This document shows, in pieces, positions 28,723-38,577 of a stretch of DNA of 64,000 bases. The notes beneath the pieces are model-generated. The model did not search any database. It saw only the letters and a program-made list of their open reading frames with translations, and had not been told where the DNA came from. Origin of the DNA: an uncultured bacterium (lineage in GTDB: Bacteria; Planctomycetota; UBA1135; GCA-002686595). Position numbers and translations under genes: made by a program. The stretch spans positions 448,001 to 512,000 of the forward strand of contig CALSNU010000003.1 in assembly GCA_943787795.1 (NCBI GenBank). Direction: 5' to 3'. The stretch's first letter is position 1. The number at the start of each line of letters is the position of its first letter.

Positions 28723-29895
28723 TCAGCGTTCAGCGCGTCGCTGGCGGTCGTAGATCTTGGTGATGGAGTTGAGATCAGAGTCGTGGAACTTGGCCCACTC
28801 CTCGGGGGGCGGCGGGTTGAGGGGACGGACCACGCGGAAGCCTAGCCAGGGCGCGTCGGTGTGATACCAGATGCTCTTGGGGAGCTGGGGGTCCTGGACC
28901 TTCCAGTCATCGTTGGACCCACGCCGGGATGCGCTCCTCAGGCGCTCAGGGTCATCGTCCCAGTGGCCTCCCCTGGCGACCCTGGGGTACAGCGCCTTCG
29001 GCCAACGGATCGGGTCGACGACCGGACCCTCCTTGGCCTGGAGGGCGAGGTCGGCGTAGCCGTCCTTCGAAAAGGCGTCGAGGCACCACTCGGCCACGTT
29101 GCCGTGCATGTCGTAGAGGCCCCAGGGGTTGGGCTTGCGCGTGCCGAGCTTCATGTACTGGCCGTCGCAGTTGTCGAACCACCAGCCGTGGTCGTCCAGC
29201 TCGCCTTCGGGGAAGGAGAAGGCGCCGGTGGTGCCGGCGCGGCAGGCGTACTCCCACTCCGCCTCGGTGGGGAGGCGGTAGAAGCGACCGGTCTTCATGG
29301 TCAGCCACTTGGTGTACTGCTTGGCCGCGAACTGGGTCATCGAGATCGCCGGGTAGCCGTCCACGCCCATGTCAAAGTCCATAGGGACGTAGGGCGGCGT
29401 GGGGCGGCTGACCGCGTCGGACCAGGGGTCCTGCTCGGCGCGGCTGCTCCCCTCGGTCGCGGTGCGGGCGCGCATGTCCAGGGAGTCCATGTACTGGCTG
29501 TACTCCTTCCAGGCGACCTCGTTTGTGCCCATCCAGAAGGGGGAGACGCGCACCTTCACCTGGGGTCCCTCAAAGTCGCTCCTCCCCTCCTCAGCGGCGG
29601 GGCTGCCCATGAGGAACTCGCCGCCGGGGATCGGCGTGAGCTTGAAGGTGACGGCGGTGCCCGTGATGGCCTCCGAGTAGGCCTTCATGCCGGCCTCGTC
29701 CGCGGCGTCGGCGCCTTCGACCTTGGTGGCCGGCGGCGGGCCAGGGGGGGGAGCCGGGTAGACCTCCTGGTCTCCATCTTGGGCGTCGGCCGGGACGCAG
29801 AGGAGCGCGCCGATGACGGCGGCGCCGAGAGGCGCGGCGAGGCTGGTGGGTCGAACTCGGGAGAGCGCGCGTCGAATCGTCATGTGGGGCGTCAT
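28723..29895 (-). CDS. Exported FGE-sulfatase-fold (SUMF1/EgtB/PvdO-like) protein lacking FGE catalytic cysteines
   Basis: IPGGEFLMGSP, YRLPTEAEWEYACRAG, PNPWGLYDMHGNVAEW, RVARGGHW, GFRVVR. Confidence 0.9.
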   Translation of the reverse strand: MTPHMTIRRALSRVRPTSLAAPLGAAVIGALLCVPADAQDGDQEVYPAPPPGPPPATKVEGADAADEAGMKAYSEAITGTAVTFKLTPIPGGEFLMGSPAAEEGRSDFEGPQVKVRVSPFWMGTNEVAWKEYSQYMDSLDMRARTATEGSSRAEQDPWSDAVSRPTPPYVPMDFDMGVDGYPAISMTQFAAKQYTKWLTMKTGRFYRLPTEAEWEYACRAGTTGAFSFPEGELDDHGWWFDNCDGQYMKLGTRKPNPWGLYDMHGNVAEWCLDAFSKDGYADLALQAKEGPVVDPIRWPKALYPRVARGGHWDDDPERLRSASRRGSNDDWKVQDPQLPKSIWYHTDAPWLGFRVVRPLNPPPPEEWAKFHDSDLNSITKIYDRQRRAER

Positions 29896-29927
29896 GGGGT
29901 GGTGGGGACCGCCGTAGTCTGGGGGAG

Positions 29928-31121
29928 ATGGTCCATCGACGCCACGGGTCTTCTTCGAGCGCTGCCAGTTGGCTGGGTTGGATCGCCGCGTTCGTGGCGG
30001 TTCTGGCGGGGTGCATCGGCCCCCACGGTCGATCCGAGGCCACGGCCCCGCGGTCCAGCGGCGCGGAGGCCGCCCCTGCCCTCAGGGTCTATGACCACCT
30101 CGCCATGGGGACGCTCTTCCGGCTGACGCTCTGCGCCTCGGATCCCGACCTCGCCGACCGCGCAGCGGCGGCGGCCTTCCGCCGGGTGGACGGGGTCGAG
30201 CGCGTGGCCACCGACTACAAGGCCACCAGCGAGGCGCGCCGCCTCCCGGCGGCGAGCAGCGGCCAATGGGTAGAGGTCTCCGCTGACCTCGGACGGGTGC
30301 TCGGGGCCTCCAAACTCCTGGTTGAGGCCTCGCAGGGGGCCTTCGACCCCACGGTTGGCGCCCTCACGCGGCACTGGCGTCGGGCGCTTCGCCGGCATCG
30401 CTGGCCCGCCCCATCGGTCTGGGAGGGCGCCTCGCGGTTGGTGGGCTGGGACGAGCAGGTGAGCTACGAGGACGACGGCGTGCGGCGGCGCTGCCGGGTC
30501 CGGGACCCCGAGCTGCGGCTCGACTTCGGGGGAGTGGCCAAGGGAGTCGCCGTGGACGAGGCGCTGGCGGTCGTCGAGGCGCTCGGGATTCACAGGGCTC
30601 TCATGGACGGAGGCGGCGACCTGCGGGCCCTCGATCCGCCCCCCGGCGCCGACGGATGGCGCGTCGAAGTGTTGCCCTTTGGTCAAAACTCGACCACCCG
30701 GCTTCGATTCCTCCTGGCGCGTGCCGCGATCGCAACCTCGGGCGACACCTACCAATCAGGGGCGCTCGAGGGATCACCCCTTGAGGGGCTGGCCGGGGCT
30801 GGCGTGGAGGGGGCTGCGATGCACTACGGGCACGTGATCGACCCTCTCTCCCGGCTCCCGCTGATCTCCCCGCGCGCCTCGGTGATGACCGCCGCGACGG
30901 CGGCAGAGGCGGACGCGCTGGCCACCGCACGGCTCGTGATCGGTCCCATGGAGACCGGTCGCGTCGCCTTGGAGCGGGGTCTGTTCTTCGGAGGTGAGGA
31001 TCAGGAGCCTTGCGTCGGGCGGCACTTCCCGCACGATGGGGCGGTGCCGCTCCCAACGGTCACGCCCAACGCGGCCCCGAGCCGGTCCAACGAGTCCCTC
31101 CTACGACACCGCGACGAATGA
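29928..31121 (+). CDS. apbE: FAD:protein FMN transferase (ApbE), lipoprotein
   Basis: Lipobox LAGC; AMGT; GAFDPTVGAL; LDFGGVAKG; DGGGDL; IATSGD; HVIDP; ADALATA. Confidence 0.92.
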   Translation: MVHRRHGSSSSAASWLGWIAAFVAVLAGCIGPHGRSEATAPRSSGAEAAPALRVYDHLAMGTLFRLTLCASDPDLADRAAAAAFRRVDGVERVATDYKATSEARRLPAASSGQWVEVSADLGRVLGASKLLVEASQGAFDPTVGALTRHWRRALRRHRWPAPSVWEGASRLVGWDEQVSYEDDGVRRRCRVRDPELRLDFGGVAKGVAVDEALAVVEALGIHRALMDGGGDLRALDPPPGADGWRVEVLPFGQNSTTRLRFLLARAAIATSGDTYQSGALEGSPLEGLAGAGVEGAAMHYGHVIDPLSRLPLISPRASVMTAATAAEADALATARLVIGPMETGRVALERGLFFGGEDQEPCVGRHFPHDGAVPLPTVTPNAAPSRSNESLLRHRDE

Positions 31122-32434
31122 GCCACTCTCCCAACGACTCCTCCTTTGACGAACAAAAGGTCGGCGCGAGCCGCCGCCAGGTCCTCCGGGCCGCCGGCGC
31201 GGCCACCGCGCTCGGCGCGACCTCGGCCATCGCAGGCGCCACGGCGCGGCAGGACGACGACCCGCCGACGCTCCGGCTCGGATTGGTGGGTTGTGGAGGT
31301 CGCGGCGGGGGCGCGGTGCGCGATGCTCTCCGTGCCGATCCGAACACAAAGCTCGTGGCCATGGGCGATGCATTCGACGACCGGATCTCCTCCAAGCTCG
31401 CCGAGCTCAACGCAGAGGAGGAGTTCAAGGGACGCATCGACGTGCCGAGCGACCGCGCGTTCGCCGGCTTCGATTGCCACGAGAAGGTCACCGATAACTG
31501 TGACGTGGTGCTGATGGCCTCGACGCCGCACTTTCGCCCCGCGCAGGTGGAGTACGCCGTCAAGGCGGGCAAGCACATGTTCGTCGAGAAGCCCGTGGCC
31601 ACCGACGCGCCCGGGCTGCGCCGCATGTGGGCCGCGTGCGACGAGGCCAAGGAGAAGAACCTCGCCGTGGTCAGCGGGCTCTGCTATCGCTACCAGAACG
31701 CCAAGCGCGCCACGATCGAGAAGATCCGCGAGGGCGCGATCGGCGACATCAAGGCCATCGAGTGCTCCTATGACACCGGCGCCCTCTGGCACCGCGGCGA
31801 GAAGCCGGAGTGGAGCGGCATGGAGACCCAGTTGCGAAACTGGCTCTACTACACCTGGGCTTCGGGGGACCACATCGCTGAGCAGGCGATCCACAACCTC
31901 GACAAGATGATCTGGACCATGGACGACAAGCCGCCCCTGTCGGTCAAGGCCAACGGCGGCCGCATCGTCCGGACCGACCCCAAGTACGGGAACATCTACG
32001 ACCACTTCAGCGCGGTCTATGACTTCGGCGACGGGGTGAAGGGCTTCTTCTCCTGCCGCCAGATCGCCGGCGCCTTCCGCGACGTGTCGGATCACGCCTA
32101 TGGCACCAAGGGCATCGCGCACCTGCAGTCCCACCGGATCGAGGGCGAGACCAACTGGCGCTACCGAAACCCCGGGGTGCCGGACAACATGTACCAGAAC
32201 GAACACAACGAGCTGTTCGCCTCCATCCGCGCGGGCAAGCCCATCCACAACGGCGACTACATGTGCCGCGCGACGCTGCTCGCGCTCATGGGCCGTATGT
32301 CGGCCTACACGGGCCAGGAGATCTCCTGGAACCAGGCGCTGGAGTCCAAGGAGGACCTCGCGCCCAAGAGCTACGACTTCATCGACAACCCCGTGAAGCC
32401 GGTGGCCCAGCCGGGCATCACGCCGTTCGTCTGA
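31118..32434 (+). CDS. Tat-exported Gfo/Idh/MocA oxidoreductase (paralog of 27357..28670)
   Basis: SRRQVL; LVGCGGRGGGA; VEKPVATD; GDHIAEQAIHNLD; ATGA overlap with apbE. Confidence 0.92.
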   Translation: MSHSPNDSSFDEQKVGASRRQVLRAAGAATALGATSAIAGATARQDDDPPTLRLGLVGCGGRGGGAVRDALRADPNTKLVAMGDAFDDRISSKLAELNAEEEFKGRIDVPSDRAFAGFDCHEKVTDNCDVVLMASTPHFRPAQVEYAVKAGKHMFVEKPVATDAPGLRRMWAACDEAKEKNLAVVSGLCYRYQNAKRATIEKIREGAIGDIKAIECSYDTGALWHRGEKPEWSGMETQLRNWLYYTWASGDHIAEQAIHNLDKMIWTMDDKPPLSVKANGGRIVRTDPKYGNIYDHFSAVYDFGDGVKGFFSCRQIAGAFRDVSDHAYGTKGIAHLQSHRIEGETNWRYRNPGVPDNMYQNEHNELFASIRAGKPIHNGDYMCRATLLALMGRMSAYTGQEISWNQALESKEDLAPKSYDFIDNPVKPVAQPGITPFV

Positions 32435-32472
32435 GCCACGCTTCAGGACCTCTTCTGGAGGTTCCTGCCCAT

Positions 32473-32507
32473 CGGAGCCCGCGGGATCGTCGATCCTGCG
32501 GGCTCCG
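32473..32507. terminator. Hairpin downstream of the Gfo gene
   Basis: CGGAGCCCGCGGGATCG / CGATCCTGCGGGCTCCG near-perfect inverted repeat; no clear U-tract on the + strand. Confidence 0.5.
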
Positions 32508-32524
32508 GTCCGTAAAACTAGGGC

Positions 32525-33595
32525 ATGACCGACCCCGCACCCGCCGGCCCCCGCCCGGCTCCGATGGAGCCGCCCTCCACCGAGCGCCGGATCCAGACCG
32601 TTTGCCTCCTGATCCTGGCCTCCATCGCGGTCGGGGCCACGCTGCAGGCGCTGCGGGACGTGATGATCCCCTTCGCCCTGGCCCTCTTCCTCGCCCTGGC
32701 GCTCTCGCCGGTCGTGGACCAGCTAGCCGCCCGCACCCGCCTCTCCAGGGCGGTGTCGGTGGGCCTGACCATGCTCCTCGGGGCGCTGCTCCTGGTCATC
32801 GTCGGCGGCGTGGTGGCCTCGTCGCTCAAGGAGTTCGAGGCCATCGGAAAGACGGCCTCCGAGGGTCAGGCCGAGGGCGGGCTCGACGCGCTGCTCAAGA
32901 CCGTGGGCCTCGATGCCTACGCCGACAAGATCGAGGAGACCCTCCGCGGGCTCCTGCCCCAGCTCGTCAGCGTCCTGGGGTCGCTGCTCTCCCAGGGCGT
33001 GACCGTCCTCATCTTCATGATGTTCCTCCTGCTGGAGCAGGGCCGCCCGGGCCGCTCCAAGGGGGCGGGGGCCGGCGCGGCGGCGGGCTCGATGCAGAGC
33101 ACGGTGCGCGACGGCGTCCAGCAGTACATCTCCGTGAAGATGGTCACCTCCGCGGTGACCGGCATCGCCGTGGGCTCGATCCTGATGGCGCTCAAGGTGC
33201 CAGCGGCGGTGCTCTTCGGGGTCCTGACGTTCATGCTCAACTTCATCCCGACCATCGGCTCGGTGGTGGCCGTGGCCTTGCCAGTGCCCGTGCTGCTGGC
33301 CGGGGGCGCGGACTTCTTGACCCTGGGCCTCGCCGTGGCGCTGCCCGGCGCCGTGCAGTTCGTGGTGGGGCAGATCTGGGAGAACAAGCTGCTCGGGGAT
33401 CGGTTCGATCTGCGGGCCTCGGTGGTGCTGCTGGGCCTGGTCTTCTGGGGGCACATCTGGGGCATCGTCGGGATGATCCTCGCGACGCCGATCACCGCCG
33501 TGCTGAAGACGCTCATGCGTGGCTCCGAGCTCACCCAGCCGGTGGCCTCGCTCATGGGGCAGCCTGCTCCCAAGGCGCCGGACGCTCCGGACTGA
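32525..33595 (+). CDS. AI-2E family transporter
   Basis: IPFALALFLALALSPVV, LNFIPTIGS, FWGHIWGIVGMILATP. Confidence 0.9.
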   Translation: MTDPAPAGPRPAPMEPPSTERRIQTVCLLILASIAVGATLQALRDVMIPFALALFLALALSPVVDQLAARTRLSRAVSVGLTMLLGALLLVIVGGVVASSLKEFEAIGKTASEGQAEGGLDALLKTVGLDAYADKIEETLRGLLPQLVSVLGSLLSQGVTVLIFMMFLLLEQGRPGRSKGAGAGAAAGSMQSTVRDGVQQYISVKMVTSAVTGIAVGSILMALKVPAAVLFGVLTFMLNFIPTIGSVVAVALPVPVLLAGGADFLTLGLAVALPGAVQFVVGQIWENKLLGDRFDLRASVVLLGLVFWGHIWGIVGMILATPITAVLKTLMRGSELTQPVASLMGQPAPKAPDAPD

Positions 33596-34041
33596 TGGCC
33601 GGGGCCGGATCGATGATCGAGGTCGCCGCCGCCGTGATCGTGCGCGGGGGGCGGGTCCTGGTGGCCCGCCGGGCCAGGCCGGCGTCGTTGGCTGGAATGT
33701 GGGAGTTCCCCGGCGGCAAGCTCGAGCGCGGCGAGACCGGGCAGGAGGCGCTCGCACGGGAGATCGTCGAGGAGCTGGACCTGAGGGTTGAGGTCGGCGG
33801 TGTCCTTGGGAGCTCTCTTCGAGTTCCTCCGGGCGAAGCCGCGGCGGACCTGCGGCTGACCGCGTACGCTGCGCGCCCCGCGGACCAAGACCAGGAGCCC
33901 CGGCTCGTGGATGGGACCCACGACGAGCTCCGATGGGTCACCGCGGGGGAGCTCCCGTCCCTCGAACTCGCCCCCCTGGACGTGCCCCTCGTGGAGGGCG
34001 CCGTCGCCTTCCTCGACGCCCCAGATGATCACCTTCGCTGA
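33595..34041 (+). CDS. NUDIX hydrolase, MutT/NudG-like
   Basis: Nudix box WEFPGGKLERGETGQEALAREIVEEL. Confidence 0.9.
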   Translation: MAGAGSMIEVAAAVIVRGGRVLVARRARPASLAGMWEFPGGKLERGETGQEALAREIVEELDLRVEVGGVLGSSLRVPPGEAAADLRLTAYAARPADQDQEPRLVDGTHDELRWVTAGELPSLELAPLDVPLVEGAVAFLDAPDDHLR

Positions 34042-35239
34042 ATCCCAGGCGCTCCTCGAGCGCCTCGACGTCGCCGATCGCGCCCACCGCACCGAGCGCT
34101 GTGACCTGCGCGCCGCCCGCGGCCGCGTCCTCGCCAGCGACGTCAGGATCGACCGGGACCAGCCGGGCTTTGATCGCGCCACCATGGATGGCTACGCCGT
34201 GGTCCCCGACGGCGACCGAGCGGACTTCGACGTGGTGGGCACGGTCACCGCGGGCACCTCCCATGAGGGCCCCCTGGGCCCGGGGCAGGCGGTGAGGATC
34301 ATGACCGGAGCGCCTGCTCCTGGGGGCACGACGGTCGTCCCCGTGGAGCGCACCTCCCCTCTCGAGGACGGGGCCCGCGTCCAGCTTGACGCGGCACCGG
34401 CGCCGGCAAAGAACATCGCCTGGCGAGGGGAGGACGCGCGCGAGGGCGACACCCTCGTGGCGTGCGGTACGCGCCTCGGCCCGGCCCACCTCTCGGTGGC
34501 CGCGATGGCTGGCGCGACGGAGGTCGAGGTCTTCTCGCGCCCTAGCGTCTCGGTCGTGACCACCGGCGACGAGGTCGGGGCGTCTGGCAAGGCGGGGATC
34601 CGGGACAGCAACGGCCCCCTGCTCGACGCGCTCATGAGCGCCCTGGAGGTCGAGGTGACCCGCCGCCACGCCAGGGACCAGGAGGGCGAGCTGCGGGCCG
34701 CTCTCGAGGGCGCCGCCGCCGGCGCCGACGTCGTGGTCACCACGGGCGGCGTCAGCATGGGGGAGCGCGATCTGGTCCCGGCGACCCTCGCCGAGCTCGG
34801 CTACGAGACGGTCTTCCACAAGGTCCAGGTGCAGCCGGGTAAGCCCGTCCTCGTGGCGCGCCGACCGGACGGCGCGCTCTTCGTGGGCCTGCCCGGGAAC
34901 CCGGTCAGCGTGCTCGCCACGGCGCACCTGTTCCTGATGCCCGCGCTCGGCCTCTTCCTTGGCGGCTGGCGCCCGGCCAGCTTCGACGTGCCCATGGCCG
35001 GTGCCTACGAGCACAAGGGTCGACGCCACCTGTTCCTGCCCGCCTCCTTCGAGGGCGGCGGGGTCGTCCCCGCGCGCTGGAACGGTAGCGGCGACCTTAT
35101 CGCGGCTGCCGCAGCGGACGGGCTCGTGGAGCTCCCCGTGGGCGCCACCTTCGCGGCGGGAGACCCCGCCCGCTTCATCCCCTACGTCGGCCACGCGCTC
35201 GCTGAGCGCGCCGCGATGCCGCCGCGTAGCGCGCGCTGA
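34025..35239 (+). CDS. moeA: Molybdopterin molybdotransferase
   Basis: PGFDRATMDGYA, RIMTGAP, TTGDE, TGGVSMGERD, QPGKP, GLPGNPVS. Confidence 0.93.
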   Translation: MITFAESQALLERLDVADRAHRTERCDLRAARGRVLASDVRIDRDQPGFDRATMDGYAVVPDGDRADFDVVGTVTAGTSHEGPLGPGQAVRIMTGAPAPGGTTVVPVERTSPLEDGARVQLDAAPAPAKNIAWRGEDAREGDTLVACGTRLGPAHLSVAAMAGATEVEVFSRPSVSVVTTGDEVGASGKAGIRDSNGPLLDALMSALEVEVTRRHARDQEGELRAALEGAAAGADVVVTTGGVSMGERDLVPATLAELGYETVFHKVQVQPGKPVLVARRPDGALFVGLPGNPVSVLATAHLFLMPALGLFLGGWRPASFDVPMAGAYEHKGRRHLFLPASFEGGGVVPARWNGSGDLIAAAAADGLVELPVGATFAAGDPARFIPYVGHALAERAAMPPRSAR

Positions 35240-35313
35240 TCCGGACGCTGCACTGAGCGCAGCGCCTCCCCAACCCCTCAATGAACGTGTCCGGCAATCG
35301 CCGGTGAGTGACC

Positions 35314-35850
35314 ATGACGAACAAGGCGAAGATCGGTGTCGTGACCGTCTCGGACCGCGCCAGCCGGGGAGAGTACGAGGACCTCGGGGGGCCCGCGATT
35401 CACGCGACCTTCGAGGAGTACCTGACCTCCGAGTGGGAGGCCGTTCCGCGGGTGATCCCGGATGATCAAGGCCTGATCGAGCGGACCCTGGTGGAGCTGA
35501 TCGACGAGGAGGGGTGCGACCTCGTGGTGACCACGGGCGGCACGGGGCCCGCGCCCCGGGACGTGACCCCGGAGGCCACGGAGGCGGTCATGCACAAGCC
35601 CATGCCCGGCTTCGGGGAGCTCATGCGGCAGGTGAGCCTGCAGTACGTGCCCACCGCGATCCTCTCCCGCCAGACCGCGGGGATCCGCGGCAAGGCGCTC
35701 ATCGTGAACCTGCCGGGCAAGCCCAGCGCGATCCGCCAGTGCCTCGACGCGGTGTTCCCGGCGATCCCCTACTGCCTCGACCTCACGGGGGCGGCGCGCC
35801 TCGAGGCCGACGAGGCCGTGATCAAGGTCTTCAGGCCGAAGAAGAAGTGA
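35314..35850 (+). CDS. mog: Molybdopterin adenylyltransferase
   Basis: TVSDRASRGEYEDLGGP, TTGGTGPAPRDVTPEAT, AILSRQTAG, NLPGKP. Confidence 0.95.
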   Translation: MTNKAKIGVVTVSDRASRGEYEDLGGPAIHATFEEYLTSEWEAVPRVIPDDQGLIERTLVELIDEEGCDLVVTTGGTGPAPRDVTPEATEAVMHKPMPGFGELMRQVSLQYVPTAILSRQTAGIRGKALIVNLPGKPSAIRQCLDAVFPAIPYCLDLTGAARLEADEAVIKVFRPKKK

Positions 35851-35902
35851 GGGTGCGCCGGGCGGCGGCAGGTGCGCCCGGGCCGGCCCGCGCCCAGGCG
35901 GC

Positions 35903-36370
35903 TCAGGGTCGACGCGTCGGGAGGCGCAGGATGTAGCCAGCGCCGATCAGCGCCAGCGCCGCGACCGCGATGGACGGAGCGAGGCGCTCGCGGAGCGGCA
36001 CCAGCAGGGCGAACGTCACAAAGCCCGCCATCATGGAGAGCGCGGTGAGCTTGACCCGCAGGCTCACGCCCCGCCCGGCGCGGAAGTCCTCGATCAGCGG
36101 GCCGAAGGTGGGATTGCGGAGCAGCCAGGCGTAGAGCCGGGGAGAGCTCCGCGCGAAGCACGCGGCGGCCAGGAGGAGCAGCGGGGTGGTAGGCAGGCCG
36201 GGGACGATGACCCCCACGGCGCCGACGGCCACGAAGGCGAGGCCCAGCAGCGCCCACAGCGCCCGAGAGAGGCCAGAGCGTGAGCCCGCGAGGCGCTCTG
36301 CGGCCGCCACGCGCTCCGCCTCGCTGGGGGGCGTGCCGTGGGGATGCCGATCGGGCTCGGTGGGGGCCAT
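35903..36370 (-). CDS. YbaN/DUF454 family membrane protein
   Basis: GVIVPGLPTTPLLLLAAACFARSSPRLYAWLL. Start position uncertain. Confidence 0.85.
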   Translation of the reverse strand: MAPTEPDRHPHGTPPSEAERVAAAERLAGSRSGLSRALWALLGLAFVAVGAVGVIVPGLPTTPLLLLAAACFARSSPRLYAWLLRNPTFGPLIEDFRAGRGVSLRVKLTALSMMAGFVTFALLVPLRERLAPSIAVAALALIGAGYILRLPTRRP

Positions 36371-36389
36371 CTCGTGGGGCACGGCGCCG

Positions 36390-37379
36390 TCAGCGACCGC
36401 CTGAAGAGCTGCCGGAAGAGCTGCCGGAAGGGCTGACGGGGGAGGCTGCGCCGCGGGGTGTTCCACTCGGGGGGGCGTCCCCTCGGCCGGCTGGCGACTC
36501 CGACGAACGAGCGCGTCCTTCGAGCCTGAGTTGGATGACCTTGCGCTGCTCGGGTGTGAAGGACTGGGGGTCGATCTCGACGGCCACGCCCCAGGCCTCG
36601 AAGGCCTCATCGATCCGGTCGGCGTCCTGCAGCGCGATGCCGTAGTTATTCCACGTGCCCGCGCTCAGGTCTCCATCCTCGATCAGCCGCTCGTAGCCCT
36701 CGATCGCAGCGTTGAGCCGGCCCTCCTGCAGGTCGCGATCGGCGGTGATCCTCAGGTACCGCGCCGGCGCGGAATACTGGGGCACGACGGCCATCGCGGC
36801 CACGACGGCGCCGAGGACCAGCGGCGCCACCCAGCGACGCCGCAGGCCGCAGGCAAAGCCCATGAGCCCACCGCCGAAGTGGGCCGCGTTGGCCACGGCG
36901 AGGACGCCGAGCTCGGTGAGCGCGATGCAGAGGATGAACCACCCGAGGAAGAACCGGATCAGGCGGGCGTCGATCACGCCAAAGAAGCGCGGGTCGTACT
37001 TGCCCCTGGCGAAGGCGTAGAAGGCGAAGCCGTACACGATGCCCGAGAGGCCCACGGCGCTGTGCATCATGGCGGCCTCGAGGCCGCTGGCGGCGATGGC
37101 GCAGATGACCGTGAGGACGGCCGTGACGGGGGAGCCCATTCGGGATTCGATCACGCGCCCGAGCATCCAGACCCAGTAGACGTTGAACAGCAGGTGGAAC
37201 GGTCCGCCGTGGGGCAGGATGCACGTCACGAGTCGCCAGGGCTCGGAGAGGGCGAGGCTGGGGAGCAGCATCAGGTGCTCCACGCTTCGCCCGCTGGCGT
37301 CGGCCAGGAAGGCGGCGATGGCTCCGACGATCATCACCGCGGTGACGGGGAAGCGCTGGGCGTCTTGGATCAAGCTCAT
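36390..37379 (-). CDS. Rhomboid intramembrane serine protease with C-terminal TPR
   Basis: PWRLVT, HLLFN, GLSG (catalytic Ser), NAAHFGG; TPR-like TWNNYGIAL. Confidence 0.9.
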   Translation of the reverse strand: MSLIQDAQRFPVTAVMIVGAIAAFLADASGRSVEHLMLLPSLALSEPWRLVTCILPHGGPFHLLFNVYWVWMLGRVIESRMGSPVTAVLTVICAIAASGLEAAMMHSAVGLSGIVYGFAFYAFARGKYDPRFFGVIDARLIRFFLGWFILCIALTELGVLAVANAAHFGGGLMGFACGLRRRWVAPLVLGAVVAAMAVVPQYSAPARYLRITADRDLQEGRLNAAIEGYERLIEDGDLSAGTWNNYGIALQDADRIDEAFEAWGVAVEIDPQSFTPEQRKVIQLRLEGRARSSESPAGRGDAPPSGTPRGAASPVSPSGSSSGSSSGGR

Positions 37380-38497
37380 TGGGAAACTCCGCCGCGGCCG
37401 CTGCGGCGCCGACGCCGCGTCGAGATGGCGGCGAGCACAACGATGAACACGATGACCGCCGGGGTCCAGACCAGGCGGGGCTTCTCGGGAGGATCAGGGG
37501 GACCTTCGCGCTCCCCGGGCATCTGATCGGGAGCGGGGGTGCTGGCATCGGAGCCAGGGCGGATGGACACGGGCAGGGGGCCTGCGCTCAGCGTCCGGTA
37601 GCCCGGCGGATGGGCTTCAGGGTCGAAGGTGACCAGCGTGACGGCCGGCGTCGCGGTGGGGGCGGTGGAGGTGGCCTCGAGGTCGTACCGAAAGACGCGC
37701 CCGAACTGCCGCTCGGCCCTGGTGCGCTCGCTGCGTGTCCCGACCAGGCGCAGCCCGTCGACCGCGGCGAGGCGCGGCTCAGCCCGACCCTCGTTGAGGC
37801 TGCCGCCGAGAACGGCCACCTCGAACTGCAGAGTCTCGCCCACTCGAGCCCGATTGGGCTCGATGCTCACCTCCATGGTGAGGGGGCCGACGGCCCCCTC
37901 GAAGTCGATGGGCTGATCCTCCTCGGGGAGGGGGCGCACCGCGAGGGAGACCGAGGGGCCGCGGACGGAGCGCTCGACCCGCTCCACTGGCACCGAGCCG
38001 CGCACGAGGTCCTCCCTGAATGCGGAGCTGACCGCGTAGCGCCCCGTGGCCTCGGGCAGCCGGATCGGGCCCGGGCGACGGGCGCGGGCGAAGCGAGTCA
38101 GGCGGAGCCGCGTCACCCTCGGATCCGGATCCTCATCCTCGGCCCGGACGATCTCGCCGTCGAGGACGAGGGAGCAGCCCCCACCCTCCTCTCGGGGCAG
38201 CAGCTCCAGCGGCTCCATGGACTCCAGCGGCTGGAGGGCTTCGAGCTGGAGGGGAAGCCCGAGGGGTTGAGGGAAGAGCTGGACGAAGCCGCCCTCGTCG
38301 GTCGCCGTCGCCGTGACCTCGAGGGTTAGCTCGAATGTCTGCCCCGGGTAAATGTCCCCGGCGGGCACGACCCACCGCAGCTCGATCTCCTGGGCCTGGA
38401 GAGGGCCGCCGGTCGCGAGAGCGATGGCCGCTGCGAGGGCCAAGAGGCCGTGCCGCAGCCGAGGCGCGGGGATAAGGGGTTGGAGTGGATGGACCAT
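37376..38497 (-). CDS. BatD-like exported protein with C-terminal TM anchor
   Basis: Signal peptide, two Ig-like segments, LAVRPLPEEDQPIDFEGAVG, FDP...YRT. Confidence 0.7.
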   Translation of the reverse strand: MVHPLQPLIPAPRLRHGLLALAAAIALATGGPLQAQEIELRWVVPAGDIYPGQTFELTLEVTATATDEGGFVQLFPQPLGLPLQLEALQPLESMEPLELLPREEGGGCSLVLDGEIVRAEDEDPDPRVTRLRLTRFARARRPGPIRLPEATGRYAVSSAFREDLVRGSVPVERVERSVRGPSVSLAVRPLPEEDQPIDFEGAVGPLTMEVSIEPNRARVGETLQFEVAVLGGSLNEGRAEPRLAAVDGLRLVGTRSERTRAERQFGRVFRYDLEATSTAPTATPAVTLVTFDPEAHPPGYRTLSAGPLPVSIRPGSDASTPAPDQMPGEREGPPDPPEKPRLVWTPAVIVFIVVLAAISTRRRRRSGRGGVSQ

Positions 38498-38577
38498 CGG
38501 GGCGGGCTTGCCTGAAGGAGCGATGAGACCCTAGCCCATCGTGTGACTAGGATTGGAGCCCTGACATCGGATCTCCG

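Noticed and set aside
28723..29895. True formylglycine-generating enzyme serving the nearby sulfatase
   Set aside because: It lacks the catalytic cysteines after RGG, and the sulfatase-fold protein has no Cys/Ser to modify.
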